64,000 nt of DNA. Origin: Poseidonia sp. (GTDB lineage Archaea; Thermoplasmatota; Poseidoniia; Poseidoniales; Poseidoniaceae). The notes beneath the pieces were generated by a model that saw nothing but the letters and a program-made list of their open reading frames with translations, was not told where the DNA came from and ran no database searches. The DNA lies in assembly GCA_965661285.1 (NCBI GenBank), contig CBFIDD010000001.1, positions 468,852-532,851 of the forward strand. The letters are read 5' to 3'. Positions 29,821-39,760 of this stretch are shown piece after piece (positions within the stretch are counted from its first letter, which is position 1; the number at the start of each line of letters is the position of its first letter). The translations under genes and the position numbers were made by a program.

Positions 29821-29867
29821 ACAGCCCCGGGAAGAACCCAAATAAGGGAGCAGAAGGAGGGTATACT

Positions 29868-30470
29868 ATGATGCGCAGGGTTTCCCTCGTTCTGGCGTTT
29901 TGTATGATGCTTTCAGCCATCGCTGGCGCGCATGCTGGTGAAAGCGAAGGTGGAGAAGACGTCAACCCCGGCGACGATGTGCCTTTTGAGGTGATTGAGC
30001 GGACGACGCCCTCGCAGGACAGTACGCCGTGGTCGCTGAGCGTTGCGCTCGACCAAGACGCTGTTGACAACGGTACGACGCTTGAAATCACCACCCAAAT
30101 TTGCCTGAACAATGGCGTATGCGACCCGCCCATGAAACAAGACGCCACCGTGAGTGATGATGGAAGCACCTACAGCATGGCGTTGGAGCCGCCATCCGAC
30201 CACTCGTACGTGAACTGGCGCATCAAGGCCACCTACCCAGACGAATCCACCGAGAACTTCCCGAACGGCGAATGGTACAAGACGTGGTCTTCGTGCTACT
30301 ACCAAGCCGATGGGTACGGCGGTATCCACGCTGACGGAGATGGCTGCAACGTGCCCGGCTCGGGCGAAAGCGAGGGTTTCTTGCCGTCGGTTGGGATGCT
30401 GATGACCTTGGTCGCCGCCTGCGGAGCAGCGGTAGCGGTGGCCGGGTGGTCGTCGCGAAACCGAGCGTGA
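29868..30470 (+). CDS. Secreted protein with C-terminal membrane anchor
   Basis: GGAGG RBS, signal peptide, Cys pairs, and GFLPSVG + TM + basic tail. Confidence 0.75.
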   Translation: MMRRVSLVLAFCMMLSAIAGAHAGESEGGEDVNPGDDVPFEVIERTTPSQDSTPWSLSVALDQDAVDNGTTLEITTQICLNNGVCDPPMKQDATVSDDGSTYSMALEPPSDHSYVNWRIKATYPDESTENFPNGEWYKTWSSCYYQADGYGGIHADGDGCNVPGSGESEGFLPSVGMLMTLVAACGAAVAVAGWSSRNRA

Positions 30471-30474
30471 GTCC

Positions 30475-30876
30475 TCAGCGATTGGCTTGATGTTCAACCA
30501 AACGCTCGATGAAGCGGCGCTGTTCCATTGACCACGCCGTGAGAAGCACGCTGACGCTGGTTCGCTCCTTGTTCAATTGGCCCTCGGAAAACCCGGCGGC
30601 CATCAGATCGCTTTCGACCAGAGGAAGATGCTCGCCGGTCATGACAAGCCGGCAGCCGTCGGCTTCAATCCGTGCAGAACCCCACGCAAAGGCGAGGGTG
30701 GCCTCCTCGGCTTCAAACTCAAGTCCGCCGGCGCGCAGGAAGCGTTGAAGGGCTGCAAACAACGCCTCGCCGTCGCCTTTCTGGCCGTCGTCCACACCGC
30801 CATAGGCCGAGAGAAAATCCAACTCGGTTTCGTTCTGTGTCATCAGGTGGTCAAGGCCCCGGGCGTCCTCGCTCAT
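30475..30876 (-). CDS. Hypothetical protein
   Basis: 133-aa ORF whose ATG overlaps the stop of the upstream SAP gene (TGATG). Confidence 0.65.
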   Translation of the reverse strand: MSEDARGLDHLMTQNETELDFLSAYGGVDDGQKGDGEALFAALQRFLRAGGLEFEAEEATLAFAWGSARIEADGCRLVMTGEHLPLVESDLMAAGFSEGQLNKERTSVSVLLTAWSMEQRRFIERLVEHQANR

Positions 30877-33116
30877 CAGCCCAACTCCTCGACGGAAAGA
30901 CTGGTCCACCCGATGAGTCGACCGTCGGTAGCGTCGGCGAGGAGGGAGAAACTGCGGTCTTTGTTGCCGTCTTCCCACTGCCGCTGAACGTCCACCGTCG
31001 TGGCACCTGAGGTATCGAGGAAATCGCTGAAGTCAATACCAAAACCGGTGCCGGGAACGACGACGAGGTAGCCCATGCTCGTGGTGGCGTGGGGACCGTT
31101 GTTGTCGTAGAGCCCCATGGGCCCGGTCAACGCCGGGAAACGTTGGTCGTCCATCAATCGGGATTCAATGTCGTGGAGGGGAAGCACCTTGGGAATCGCA
31201 TCCCGATTGTGGGTAATGGATTCGTCAAACGTGCCTTTGGCAATGTATTCGCAAACCAGCGCTTCACTTCCCCCACCGGAGACCGAAAAGTGGAGCCAAC
31301 CGGCCGTGGTATCGCTGTCCACCCAGGAGAGATTCCACTCCGTCGCCGTGCCGTTCTGATGGTCCACGGCTCGCCAGACATACCCGTCGTTTTGCAAGGC
31401 CGTGACCGCTCCAGAGGCCACGCCGCTGAATTCATCAATGCAAGTCATGGCCACGTCGAGCGGATGTTGACGCACGGTGGAGTTGTCGGGAAGATGGGTG
31501 GCGTCAACGCCCCAATTCACGAGTTCGTCGTCATCGGGATTGAGGTCGTTGGCTTGCGGACGGTTATCGTAGGTCTTGCCCAATTCAATGGCTTTGATAC
31601 CCCGGGAAAGCGTGGTTTGCTCGAACGTGTGGTGGAGTTCAATCTCACCTTCCGGCAACACGGCATCAACACCTCGCTGCTGCCAAGCTGAACAACTGCT
31701 CTGGGAGGCTTCGCTGCTGCTGATGGCCACATCGACCGTTTGGCGGGCAGCCCACGGACTATCGGCGTCCAACCACATCGTCATGGATGCATACCCGAGA
31801 CAGAAATCGCGAACATCCCGATGGCTGGCGGTCACCTTCCACATGCTGGTGGATCCGACCTTTTCAGAACCGGTCACCCGCCATTCCCATCCAGAGCTGG
31901 TTCCGGTCGCATCTTTGGTGATGTAGGCGTTGCCAAAGAAGTCAGCCAGTTCAACCGGTGCGATGACCATGCCAAGACCGGGTGAGAGTTCCTCAAGGTC
32001 GCCCAAAAGCCCGCCCACACCGTAGGTGAACGCGGTTCCCTCGTAGGCGGTGGCCGAAAGGGTGGCGTCGAATTCGAGTTCCGTGGCCAGAACGACCTGT
32101 TCGCGCAATTCCTTCCAGCTTTTCAGGGTCAAGTCTGCTTGCCCGGTGGTGGTGTCGGTGGTGAAATCCGAGCATTTCGAAGCGATGGGGTAGTGGCCCG
32201 AGACGTCAAATTGTGAAAACGACATCTCGTTCACGCTCTCCACGCCCAACCACGACATGCCCTGCCCGCCTCGGATTTTTACCGCACCGAGACGGTCATC
32301 GGACGACTGGGTGCTCAACTCAACCCCCGTGCCTTCGGTGATGGACACCGTGCTCTCTCCTTGAAACGACAAGCGGATTTTGCAGTAGTTCGGGGGGTCG
32401 TCAAGGCGGTCGGTAACGAGTTGTACGTATTCTTCGGAAGCGAGGAAACTGCCTTCGGTGATCATGTAGCCCATGCGGTCGCCGTAGCGCAGTGAATCTG
32501 CGGTGAACGGCTCAAGTTGGTTGTTCACGTAGTACCAACCGCCTGCCCCAAGCAGCACCAAGGTGAGAAGAACAGCAACGGTCTGCGGGCGCCGTACCAT
32601 TTCCATGAGGGTCGTGGCCTCGTTTTCACCGGTTGCAAGCGTTTTGCTGGGTGAACGAGATGGGAGCGGAACAACCGGTTGGTCCTCGACATCCTCGGCC
32701 TCGACCGGCGCATCGTCATCGATCAGGTCGGCTTCGAGAATTTCCGCCTCGAGGACATCGTCATCCTTCGTGTCCACGTCGGGCTTTCTACGGGACGGTG
32801 GGTCGGTGGTTGGAAGCGGGACCCTTTCTATCGTATCATCGTCCTCAAGGGAAAGCATGACCGGTTCGTCTTCGTCGTCAGCATCGTCCCCCTTCGTCTC
32901 GGGTTCAGCCTCGGGCGTCTCCTCTGCCGTGGTGTGGAAGGTGGAGGTTTCTTCATCAAAGACCTCAATGCCAAGGGTCTCCTTGTCGACGCCCGCCTCG
33001 AGCAAACGGGCCAATAATTCGGCCTTTTTTCCCGTGGCAGAGAGGTCGTTCAGGACGCACAGCGCCTTGAGTTTCGCCACCGTGAGGTTGGTGGTCAGTC
33101 CCTCTCCCATGGTCAT
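30876..33116 (-). CDS. SAP-domain single-pass membrane protein with large ectodomain
   Basis: N-terminal LTVAKLKALCVLNDLSATGKKAELLARLL (SAP motif), acidic linker, TM VAVLLTLVLLGAGGWYYV, and a ~550-aa C-terminal domain. Confidence 0.85.
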   Translation of the reverse strand: MTMGEGLTTNLTVAKLKALCVLNDLSATGKKAELLARLLEAGVDKETLGIEVFDEETSTFHTTAEETPEAEPETKGDDADDEDEPVMLSLEDDDTIERVPLPTTDPPSRRKPDVDTKDDDVLEAEILEADLIDDDAPVEAEDVEDQPVVPLPSRSPSKTLATGENEATTLMEMVRRPQTVAVLLTLVLLGAGGWYYVNNQLEPFTADSLRYGDRMGYMITEGSFLASEEYVQLVTDRLDDPPNYCKIRLSFQGESTVSITEGTGVELSTQSSDDRLGAVKIRGGQGMSWLGVESVNEMSFSQFDVSGHYPIASKCSDFTTDTTTGQADLTLKSWKELREQVVLATELEFDATLSATAYEGTAFTYGVGGLLGDLEELSPGLGMVIAPVELADFFGNAYITKDATGTSSGWEWRVTGSEKVGSTSMWKVTASHRDVRDFCLGYASMTMWLDADSPWAARQTVDVAISSSEASQSSCSAWQQRGVDAVLPEGEIELHHTFEQTTLSRGIKAIELGKTYDNRPQANDLNPDDDELVNWGVDATHLPDNSTVRQHPLDVAMTCIDEFSGVASGAVTALQNDGYVWRAVDHQNGTATEWNLSWVDSDTTAGWLHFSVSGGGSEALVCEYIAKGTFDESITHNRDAIPKVLPLHDIESRLMDDQRFPALTGPMGLYDNNGPHATTSMGYLVVVPGTGFGIDFSDFLDTSGATTVDVQRQWEDGNKDRSFSLLADATDGRLIGWTSLSVEELG

Positions 33117-33203
33117 ACCTCATCAAACCGTAGGCTTGGTGCCTTTCAAGGCTGGCGCTGATTTGATGGCCTTTTGCATCAATTCAACGTCTTGAAGCGC
33201 GGG

Positions 33204-34247
33204 TCAACCTTCGTGGGGTACGTACGAGCCATCGGTGTTTTGGACGTAGACGGTTTGGTCGTACGTGCCATCTGGCAACTTCCGGAAGAAATACCCGTTT
33301 TCCGCAGGCTCAAACGTGCCCTCGTCTGCTGATGTGCCCTCGTCCGCTGATGACGGTGGGGCTGTGGCAGCAGCATCGGGTTCGGCATCACTGTCCGTGG
33401 GTGCACCGGGCGGACCGGTTGGCCCAGTGTTCTCTTCACCGGGAGCACCCGGGGGACCGGCAGGACCTGCAGGCGGAGCGCCGCCTGGTCCCGCAGCGAT
33501 GCGGGCCTTGCTGGCTTCAGAAAGCACCTTGGATTCCGTGGTTTCGTTCTCCCCCTCGAGGATTTTGCGAACGGCCGCACCGTGTTTTTGTGCGCCGACA
33601 AAAGCAAAGGCAGAGAGGCCCAAACAGAGCAGGCCGAGCAGGCCGCCAAAGAATTGGTTGGGGTAGAGTTTGCCTTCCACACTCAACGCATTGCCAGAGG
33701 TTGTGATCTTCTCGCCGTTGCCGTCGATGTACTCGGCGATGAGGCAGTACTGGCCGGGGTCGATGTTGAATTCGAAATCATACGTGCCGTCGGCAAGGAC
33801 GCGACTGGTGGCCTCTTGATACTGGTAATCGTGGGAATTGCCGGCCTTGGCCTCCTGCATCTTCTCGCTGAGGGTAAAGTCGGTGCAGTCGTCTTGCTGG
33901 ATGACATACACGGCGATGTTGATGGCCGACTGCGCAGGAGGTTGCTCGGCCGTGACGGTGAGCCGCATCGGGACATCGAAGAGACCTTCGCCGTCAATGG
34001 GAAGGCCCCAAACACGACCGATGTCTTTCTCCGCAGATTTACTGAAATCATCGTAATCGGCCGAGAACGGCATGGGGAAGAGGGCAAAAGCGAACAGAAT
34101 CGCAGCCACGCCGAGGTAGAGAAAAACGTTCCAGCGTGCTTTCTTCAAGCGTTCTTTGCGCTCTTCGATGGACATGTCTTCCATCAACTCGTCTTGGTCC
34201 TCGTCAACGGCCAGTGCGCCTGCTGCATCAAGTTCCTCTTCGGTCAT
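33204..34247 (-). CDS. Two-TM membrane protein with Pro/Gly-rich cytoplasmic tail
   Basis: Two TMs flank a beta-rich domain; GPPG-rich linker, then an aromatic C-terminal module. Confidence 0.75.
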   Translation of the reverse strand: MTEEELDAAGALAVDEDQDELMEDMSIEERKERLKKARWNVFLYLGVAAILFAFALFPMPFSADYDDFSKSAEKDIGRVWGLPIDGEGLFDVPMRLTVTAEQPPAQSAINIAVYVIQQDDCTDFTLSEKMQEAKAGNSHDYQYQEATSRVLADGTYDFEFNIDPGQYCLIAEYIDGNGEKITTSGNALSVEGKLYPNQFFGGLLGLLCLGLSAFAFVGAQKHGAAVRKILEGENETTESKVLSEASKARIAAGPGGAPPAGPAGPPGAPGEENTGPTGPPGAPTDSDAEPDAAATAPPSSADEGTSADEGTFEPAENGYFFRKLPDGTYDQTVYVQNTDGSYVPHEG

Positions 34248-34347
34248 GAAAGCCCGAAATCCGCCGAGCACTTCAAGACCGCGACCGAAGAATTAGTGCA
34301 CAATGGGACCCGAAGGAACCAAGAACGACGCCACGGGGCCTCTGGGC

Positions 34348-35547
34348 ATGGGGCTTCGCTTGGCGGTTTTGAGTCGGGGGCCAAGGCTGTACAGCACCCG
34401 TCGTATCGTTGAGGAAGCGAAAAAACGCAACATCGACGTCGAGGTTTGCGACCCGATGAAATTCTCGATGGTGGTGGACCAGGGCAGCGTCGATGTGCTC
34501 CACCGAGGTCGGCCCTTTGCCAAAGACGCGGTGATTCCGCGCATCGGCCACTCCATCACACAACACGGGGTTGCGGTCCTTCGCCACATTGAGCAGTTGG
34601 GCATCTGGACAGCCAACACCGGCCGGGGTATTTTGCAAAGCAGAGACAAACTCCACGCTTCTCAACTTCTGGCTCGCAACCGAATCCCGGTGCCAAAAAC
34701 AGTCTACGTGAGGGAAATTCTCGATGTTGAGCAGGCCATCGAAACCGTTGGTGGCTTGCCCGTGGTCGTCAAGGTCACCCAAGGTACTCAAGGCGATGGC
34801 GTCTTCCTGCGCCACACCGCCTTTGAGGTGCGTAATCTGGTTCAGGGCTTGCTGATGACGGGAAAATCCGTCTTGGTTCAGGAATACATCGCGGAATCCC
34901 ACGGCAAAGACATTCGCGCCTTGGTGGTGGGCGACAAGGTCGTGGCCTGCATGCGCAGGCGAGCCCGCGGGCGTGAATTTCGGAGTAACTTTCACCTGAA
35001 CGGCACCGTTGAGGCGGTTGAACTCCCTGAGGGTTATGCCGAAGCAGCGTGCAGAGCAGCTCGTATCTTGGGCCTCAACATTGCAGGCGTTGACCTGCTC
35101 GAAGGCAACAACGGCCCGCTGGTGCTGGAGGTGAACTCTTCGCCCGGACTGGAAGGTATCGAGAAAGCCAGCGGCGTGAACGTCGCAGGAGCGATCATCG
35201 ATTACGTCATGGAGGACACGGCCTTTTCGGAGGTGGACATCGGTCAATTGTTGCGAACCGTACCCGGCTCCGGCGTGCTCTCATTGCAACTTCGAAACCA
35301 TCCAAAAATGGTCGGGAAGCGCCTGCGGGAGGTGTTCGCCGCCGTGCCGGTGTTCGCCCTCTCTCGTGGTGACCGCTTGGTGTGGAACCCCGATGAAGAA
35401 CTCCAACTTCGATATGACGATGTGCTGGTGTGCTACGGTGATTTAACCGAATTACGCTCCTCGCTCAAGCAAGCGATGTTGGGCGTGCCACGAGAAGCCC
35501 TGATGTTCGATGAGGCCCAGAGTACGTCCGAACAAACCGAAGGCTGA
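34348..35547 (+). CDS. rimK: RimK-family ATP-grasp alpha-L-glutamate ligase fused to C-terminal RCK_C (TrkA-C) domain
   Basis: YSTRRIVEEA, IPRIG, SRDKL, GTQG, QEYI, EFRSNFH, GVDLL and EVNSSPG; C-terminal VGKRL...SRGD...NP...LRYDDVL. Start may be 34303. Confidence 0.9.
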   Translation: MGLRLAVLSRGPRLYSTRRIVEEAKKRNIDVEVCDPMKFSMVVDQGSVDVLHRGRPFAKDAVIPRIGHSITQHGVAVLRHIEQLGIWTANTGRGILQSRDKLHASQLLARNRIPVPKTVYVREILDVEQAIETVGGLPVVVKVTQGTQGDGVFLRHTAFEVRNLVQGLLMTGKSVLVQEYIAESHGKDIRALVVGDKVVACMRRRARGREFRSNFHLNGTVEAVELPEGYAEAACRAARILGLNIAGVDLLEGNNGPLVLEVNSSPGLEGIEKASGVNVAGAIIDYVMEDTAFSEVDIGQLLRTVPGSGVLSLQLRNHPKMVGKRLREVFAAVPVFALSRGDRLVWNPDEELQLRYDDVLVCYGDLTELRSSLKQAMLGVPREALMFDEAQSTSEQTEG

Positions 35548-35567
35548 GCCGATGGAGCAAGGGGGAG

Positions 35568-36125
35568 TCAAACCTCAACGCTGGGCTGTGGGCGCTCCGA
35601 GGGCCAAAGCATCGTCATGCGAGCCCGGCGAACCACGAGATACATCCCCGCCGAGACGAGAATGCTGACCCCTATGGGTATCGGCCCCCACAACCAAGCG
35701 TCAAACCAGCCATCGAAAATGTAGGCGATGGGGTAGAACGGTTCCAGTCCGTAGGCCCCTGTGTGGGACGGAATATCCGCGAGAAGGTGAGAAAGATAGG
35801 CAACCGCAGCAAGTTTTGTGGTCTGGCTTTTCCGCCAAAACGGAAGAAAGACGATGGCCCAAAACAGGAGGCTGTGGGAAAGCAACCAGGCGTGGTAGGT
35901 CCAATGGTCGAGAATTTCGGGATGATTGAGGAAGTCAACGCCCATTGCGAACGGTATGTCCCGGCCCGCCACCAAGCCCAGATAGGGGTGCACGAGAAGG
36001 ACGTTGGTGATGTCTGGAAGCATCCCAAAGCCGAGGCCAATCAATCGACGATGCTTGATGTCCTTGGGCGCCATCTCACCCAGCATCAGTCCGATAAGCG
36101 CGTGCGTTGCCGTGTCCAAAATCAT
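35568..36125 (-). CDS. Membrane-bound metal-dependent hydrolase (YdjM-like)
   Basis: DTATH, LPD, SHSL and SHLLAD motifs. Confidence 0.85.
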   Translation of the reverse strand: MILDTATHALIGLMLGEMAPKDIKHRRLIGLGFGMLPDITNVLLVHPYLGLVAGRDIPFAMGVDFLNHPEILDHWTYHAWLLSHSLLFWAIVFLPFWRKSQTTKLAAVAYLSHLLADIPSHTGAYGLEPFYPIAYIFDGWFDAWLWGPIPIGVSILVSAGMYLVVRRARMTMLWPSERPQPSVEV

Positions 36126-36274
36126 CCGACCTTTGTGCTGTGACATCCCTATGAAGTTTTGAATTATCAATCCGCCTATTGTGGGACACCTCAACCGCTG
36201 GACCACGTTTTACGAAACATGAGCGAAGTGAAGCCCGTGTCCATTCGCCCCAGAAAGGCCCCGTGACATGAAGA

Positions 36275-36492
36275 TCAAATGACGCCCAGGCCTTCGAGGA
36301 CCAGAACAACGCCGAGCGTGAGGAAAAGAAGAATCATGGCGACGAAAAAGATGGGCCCTTCGGCGGCGGAAACCCACTTTCCTCCCTTGTTGGTCCAATT
36401 TTGTTTCCAAAATCCACCTTTGACCAGCGGCCAGTAGGCAAGGTAGGCAAGGCAGAGGAGACCTGCGGCAAGGACTCTGTGTTGGCGACCAT
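36275..36492 (-). pseudogene. Small two-TM membrane protein gene with apparent 1-nt frameshift near the start
   Basis: ATG at 36492 (MVANTE) is out of frame with the hydrophobic VLAAGLLCLAY...LEGLGVI* frame. One extra G (gag-gtc) would join them. Confidence 0.5.
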
Positions 36493-36593
36493 GGTATTGT
36501 TTCCCAACAGATAGAAAATAATGGTATTGATGGGCGATGTACGCTCGCACAACCTGCCAGCACCGATTCAACGCACTGCTCGCCGTGATGGGG

Positions 36594-37637
36594 TTATTGC
36601 GAAAGTGGCGTTGACCAGCGACCGTTCCATTCGGTGGCGTCCGTGAAAAGATCGTAGAAGGCATCGAGGCTTTTCTCAATGGGTTTGGCGTACCCGCCGC
36701 CCATGAACACCACGGTGGGAAGTTGCTGCTGACGGGCGGCTTCGAAGACCGCTTGATTGCGAGCACGCAGGCCCGCTCGCGAGACGTTCAACTTGCCGAG
36801 TGCATCCGCATCCAGCGCATCCACGCCGGCCTGATAGAGAAGCAGATCCGGTTCGAAGTCAAGGCAGATGTTCAGCGCTTCCTCGACCGTCCTGAGGTAG
36901 GTTTCATCGTCCGAATTGGCGGGAAGAGGCAGGTCGTGGTCGCTGTGGGATTTGCGGAACGGGAAGTTGGTTTGGCAGTGAACCGAGACCGTGCAAACCC
37001 GAGGCTCCTCTGCAAAAATGGTGGCGGTTCCGTCGCCTTGATGCACATCCAAATCCAAAATGGCGACCTTTCGAACGTCGTGATGGGCAAGGGCGTGCAG
37101 GGCACACATGGCCAGGTCGTTGAAGACGCAATAGCCCGAGCCGAAGTCGCGATGCGCGTGGTGCGTTCCTCCCGCCATGTTTCCCGTGATGCCACCGTGG
37201 AGAAGGGCGTGCTCCGTCGCTTCAAGCGCCCCGCCCATCAGGTAGAGCGTCCGCTCCACCATGGCCGGTGTCCACGGGGTGAGGCCGATGCGCTTCCGTT
37301 CTTTTTCTTCCAACGTTCCACTCAGGAAGCGGTCAACATAGGCCTCATCGTGGGCCAAAAGAAGCGTCGAGCGCTCAACCCGTTGCGGCGTCTTGATGTT
37401 CATCTGGTCGTAGTATTCGCTGCCTTGAAGTCGGGCAAGCAAACGCTGGTAGCGCTCTCGAGGAAACCTCGCCTCGGGATGAATGCCGTCGGTGTAGATG
37501 GAATGGTACCAGAGCGGAAAGGGACGATGCTGGTGAACCGGGCGGGTGGGTGGAGGTGCCTTTGTGTCGTTGACCACCGTTTCCGCCCCCGTTTGAGGCC
37601 TGAGAAAGCGGCGAATAAAGCCCTGTTTGGGTTGCAC
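36594..37637 (-). CDS. Zn-dependent histone deacetylase family amidohydrolase
   Basis: GGTHHA, GYCVFND, DLDVHQGDG, GVDAL and GGGY motifs; start uncertain. Confidence 0.93.
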   Translation of the reverse strand: MQPKQGFIRRFLRPQTGAETVVNDTKAPPPTRPVHQHRPFPLWYHSIYTDGIHPEARFPRERYQRLLARLQGSEYYDQMNIKTPQRVERSTLLLAHDEAYVDRFLSGTLEEKERKRIGLTPWTPAMVERTLYLMGGALEATEHALLHGGITGNMAGGTHHAHRDFGSGYCVFNDLAMCALHALAHHDVRKVAILDLDVHQGDGTATIFAEEPRVCTVSVHCQTNFPFRKSHSDHDLPLPANSDDETYLRTVEEALNICLDFEPDLLLYQAGVDALDADALGKLNVSRAGLRARNQAVFEAARQQQLPTVVFMGGGYAKPIEKSLDAFYDLFTDATEWNGRWSTPLSQ

Positions 37638-37707
37638 CTCTTTTCCGGTTGTTCGTGAGGATGAAGAAAAACGGCCTTCTTTATGCTGGGGCTTGGGATT
37701 TCTCGGC

Positions 37708-38613
37708 GTGAAGTACGCTGCCGTTCACGAAAAGGTTCTGGGTGACCGGACCAACGAGCGCCTGCGGCGGGCCTCCATCAACCTCGCCATCGCAGGCTTT
37801 GTCATTCACCTTGCGGCCTGCACCCTTCACATGCTGTCGTATCTCGATGCCCCGGAGATGAACGGCTTCATCGACTCCTACTTGGATGCGCTCTACACGC
37901 CCTTTTCCATCATTCTCGCTTACGAAGTCTACGAGTTGATTCGTGCCATTCCCGAATCGTTTTCAGTCTCCATCGGCAAGCAATTCGAAGTCATGACGTT
38001 GCTCGTTGTTCGTGATATTTTCAAGAATCTTGCCGATGTCGAAGCCACCTCTGGAGCCACCGTTGACAGCGACGTGGCGTTCATTGCCGTGGAAGCTGTA
38101 GCGTTCATCGTCTTGTTCACCACGGCGCTGTTTTTCAGGAGCACGACTGCGAATGCCCGACACGACGACACCGGGAACGACGACGTTAGGCGTTTCGTTG
38201 TGCAGAAGAAAAATCTGGCCTGCGCTCTGGCCGGCGTGTATGTCGCCGTGGCGGCTTACTCCTTTGCATCGTGGACCCTGAACACGCTCGATGGTGATGG
38301 CGATTTGAGCCGAACGGTGTTCTTCTTGGACTTCTTCACATGGCTCATCCTCTCTGACATCATCATCTTACTCGCCTCCTACAAGCACATCACGGATTTC
38401 ACACAACTTGCCCGCAACACCGGCTTTATTCTCTCAACGGTGATGATTCGCGTCGGCATCGGCACGCCCGGCTACACCGGCGCAGCCCTGTTTATGCTGT
38501 CCGCTTTGCTTGCAGCCGGTGTGCTCAAGTTGAGTCTCAGCGAGCATTTCGCACACACTACGACCGCAGCGGTGGCCATTGAACCCGCCCTCGCCTCACC
38601 CTCCCCCGCTTAG
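37708..38613 (+). CDS. Conserved multi-pass membrane protein of unknown function
   Basis: About 7-8 TMs; YTPFSIILAYEVY, KQFEV and ARNTGF segments look conserved. GTG start inferred. Confidence 0.75.
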   Translation: MKYAAVHEKVLGDRTNERLRRASINLAIAGFVIHLAACTLHMLSYLDAPEMNGFIDSYLDALYTPFSIILAYEVYELIRAIPESFSVSIGKQFEVMTLLVVRDIFKNLADVEATSGATVDSDVAFIAVEAVAFIVLFTTALFFRSTTANARHDDTGNDDVRRFVVQKKNLACALAGVYVAVAAYSFASWTLNTLDGDGDLSRTVFFLDFFTWLILSDIIILLASYKHITDFTQLARNTGFILSTVMIRVGIGTPGYTGAALFMLSALLAAGVLKLSLSEHFAHTTTAAVAIEPALASPSPA

Positions 38614-38689
38614 GGTTTGGATATCGTAGGAATGTGCTGACCCACTTCAACGGACATACGTGCAGGCCCACTTCAACGGGGATGGACAC

Positions 38690-39760
38690 TCACGATGCGG
38701 TCGCGGCGTCTCCATCATCCTCGCCGGACGGAGCCGATGCACCTTCCGGCCCCTCCTCGAGAAGGGGCGCTTCTGAATCTGAAGGAGGCAGTTGTTTGGA
38801 AAGCCGGTCGAGGCCACTGATTTCGTTGCCGAGTGAAGCCAAGCGGGTTTGAACAGGCCCGACGTTGCTGGTGAGGTTATTCGCGTGCTTGAACAGGGTT
38901 TGCCATTGCGATTCAAGGGCGTTGAATTCGTTCAAAATACGCTGGTGCGCATCCAAGATCTCGTTGTGCATGGAGTCCATGGTCGAGGCGATGTTGGCGA
39001 TGCGAAGCATGTGCATGTTGGCCATGAGCGTGGCTGGAGAGCAGATGATGACGCCCTGTGAAGCGGCCGTGCGCATCAGTTGAGGCGCATGGGTGATGAG
39101 GAAATCATACACCGATGTGGAAGGGATGTACATGTAAGCCACACCGTGGGTTCCCTTGCCGGGATGGACGTAATCGTCCTTGATTTTCGACACGTGGTTC
39201 TCAACGTCATTCTGGAAGGTTTTGAGGAGACGTTCACGCGTTTTTGTGGCCGTTTCTGAGGCCTCGATGTACTTGTGGTAGGTGTCAAACACAAACTTCG
39301 AATCAATGCAGAGGATTTTACCGTCAATTCGCAGATGGGCGTCCGGATTTTTTCCAAGTTCAGGCACCTGCTCTCTCAATTTGACGGATGGAAAGATTTC
39401 CTTCAACTCCTCCCCCATAGCCCACTCGCCCCAAGCCGCACGCTCTGATTTTTGGAGCATGTTTCGGTTGAATGCATCAGCGACCTCCTTCAGTTCGGCT
39501 GAAGCGGTGCTGAACATGCCAATCTTTTCGGCGATGCCCTGCTGAGTGAGGGTCGAATTCAGAGCGACGGCGATGGTTTGGGAGGTGGGAATGTCCAACG
39601 CCGTCTTGATATCGGTGACACTGGGGATGTTCAAGGCAGCAGTTAGCAGGTTGATGTCCAAGGCAGGGTCGTTTTTTGCGTTTTTTGACTGCATCCAGAG
39701 GTTGGCGAGAAGTCCGACCACGACCAAACCCAAAAGAACGGTTGACGCCTCAATTTCCAT
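38690..39760 (-). CDS. rmuC: DNA recombination protein RmuC
   Basis: N-terminal TM, WGE, PD...IDSKF (PD-(D/E)xK-like), MYIP, SPATL and a coiled coil. Confidence 0.88.
   Translation of the reverse strand: MEIEASTVLLGLVVVGLLANLWMQSKNAKNDPALDINLLTAALNIPSVTDIKTALDIPTSQTIAVALNSTLTQQGIAEKIGMFSTASAELKEVADAFNRNMLQKSERAAWGEWAMGEELKEIFPSVKLREQVPELGKNPDAHLRIDGKILCIDSKFVFDTYHKYIEASETATKTRERLLKTFQNDVENHVSKIKDDYVHPGKGTHGVAYMYIPSTSVYDFLITHAPQLMRTAASQGVIICSPATLMANMHMLRIANIASTMDSMHNEILDAHQRILNEFNALESQWQTLFKHANNLTSNVGPVQTRLASLGNEISGLDRLSKQLPPSDSEAPLLEEGPEGASAPSGEDDGDAATAS

Noticed and set aside
36594-39760. Defence island (HDAC, membrane protein, RmuC)
   Set aside because: No recognisable defence-system domains and mixed orientations; RmuC and HDAC-family genes are common stand-alone genes.
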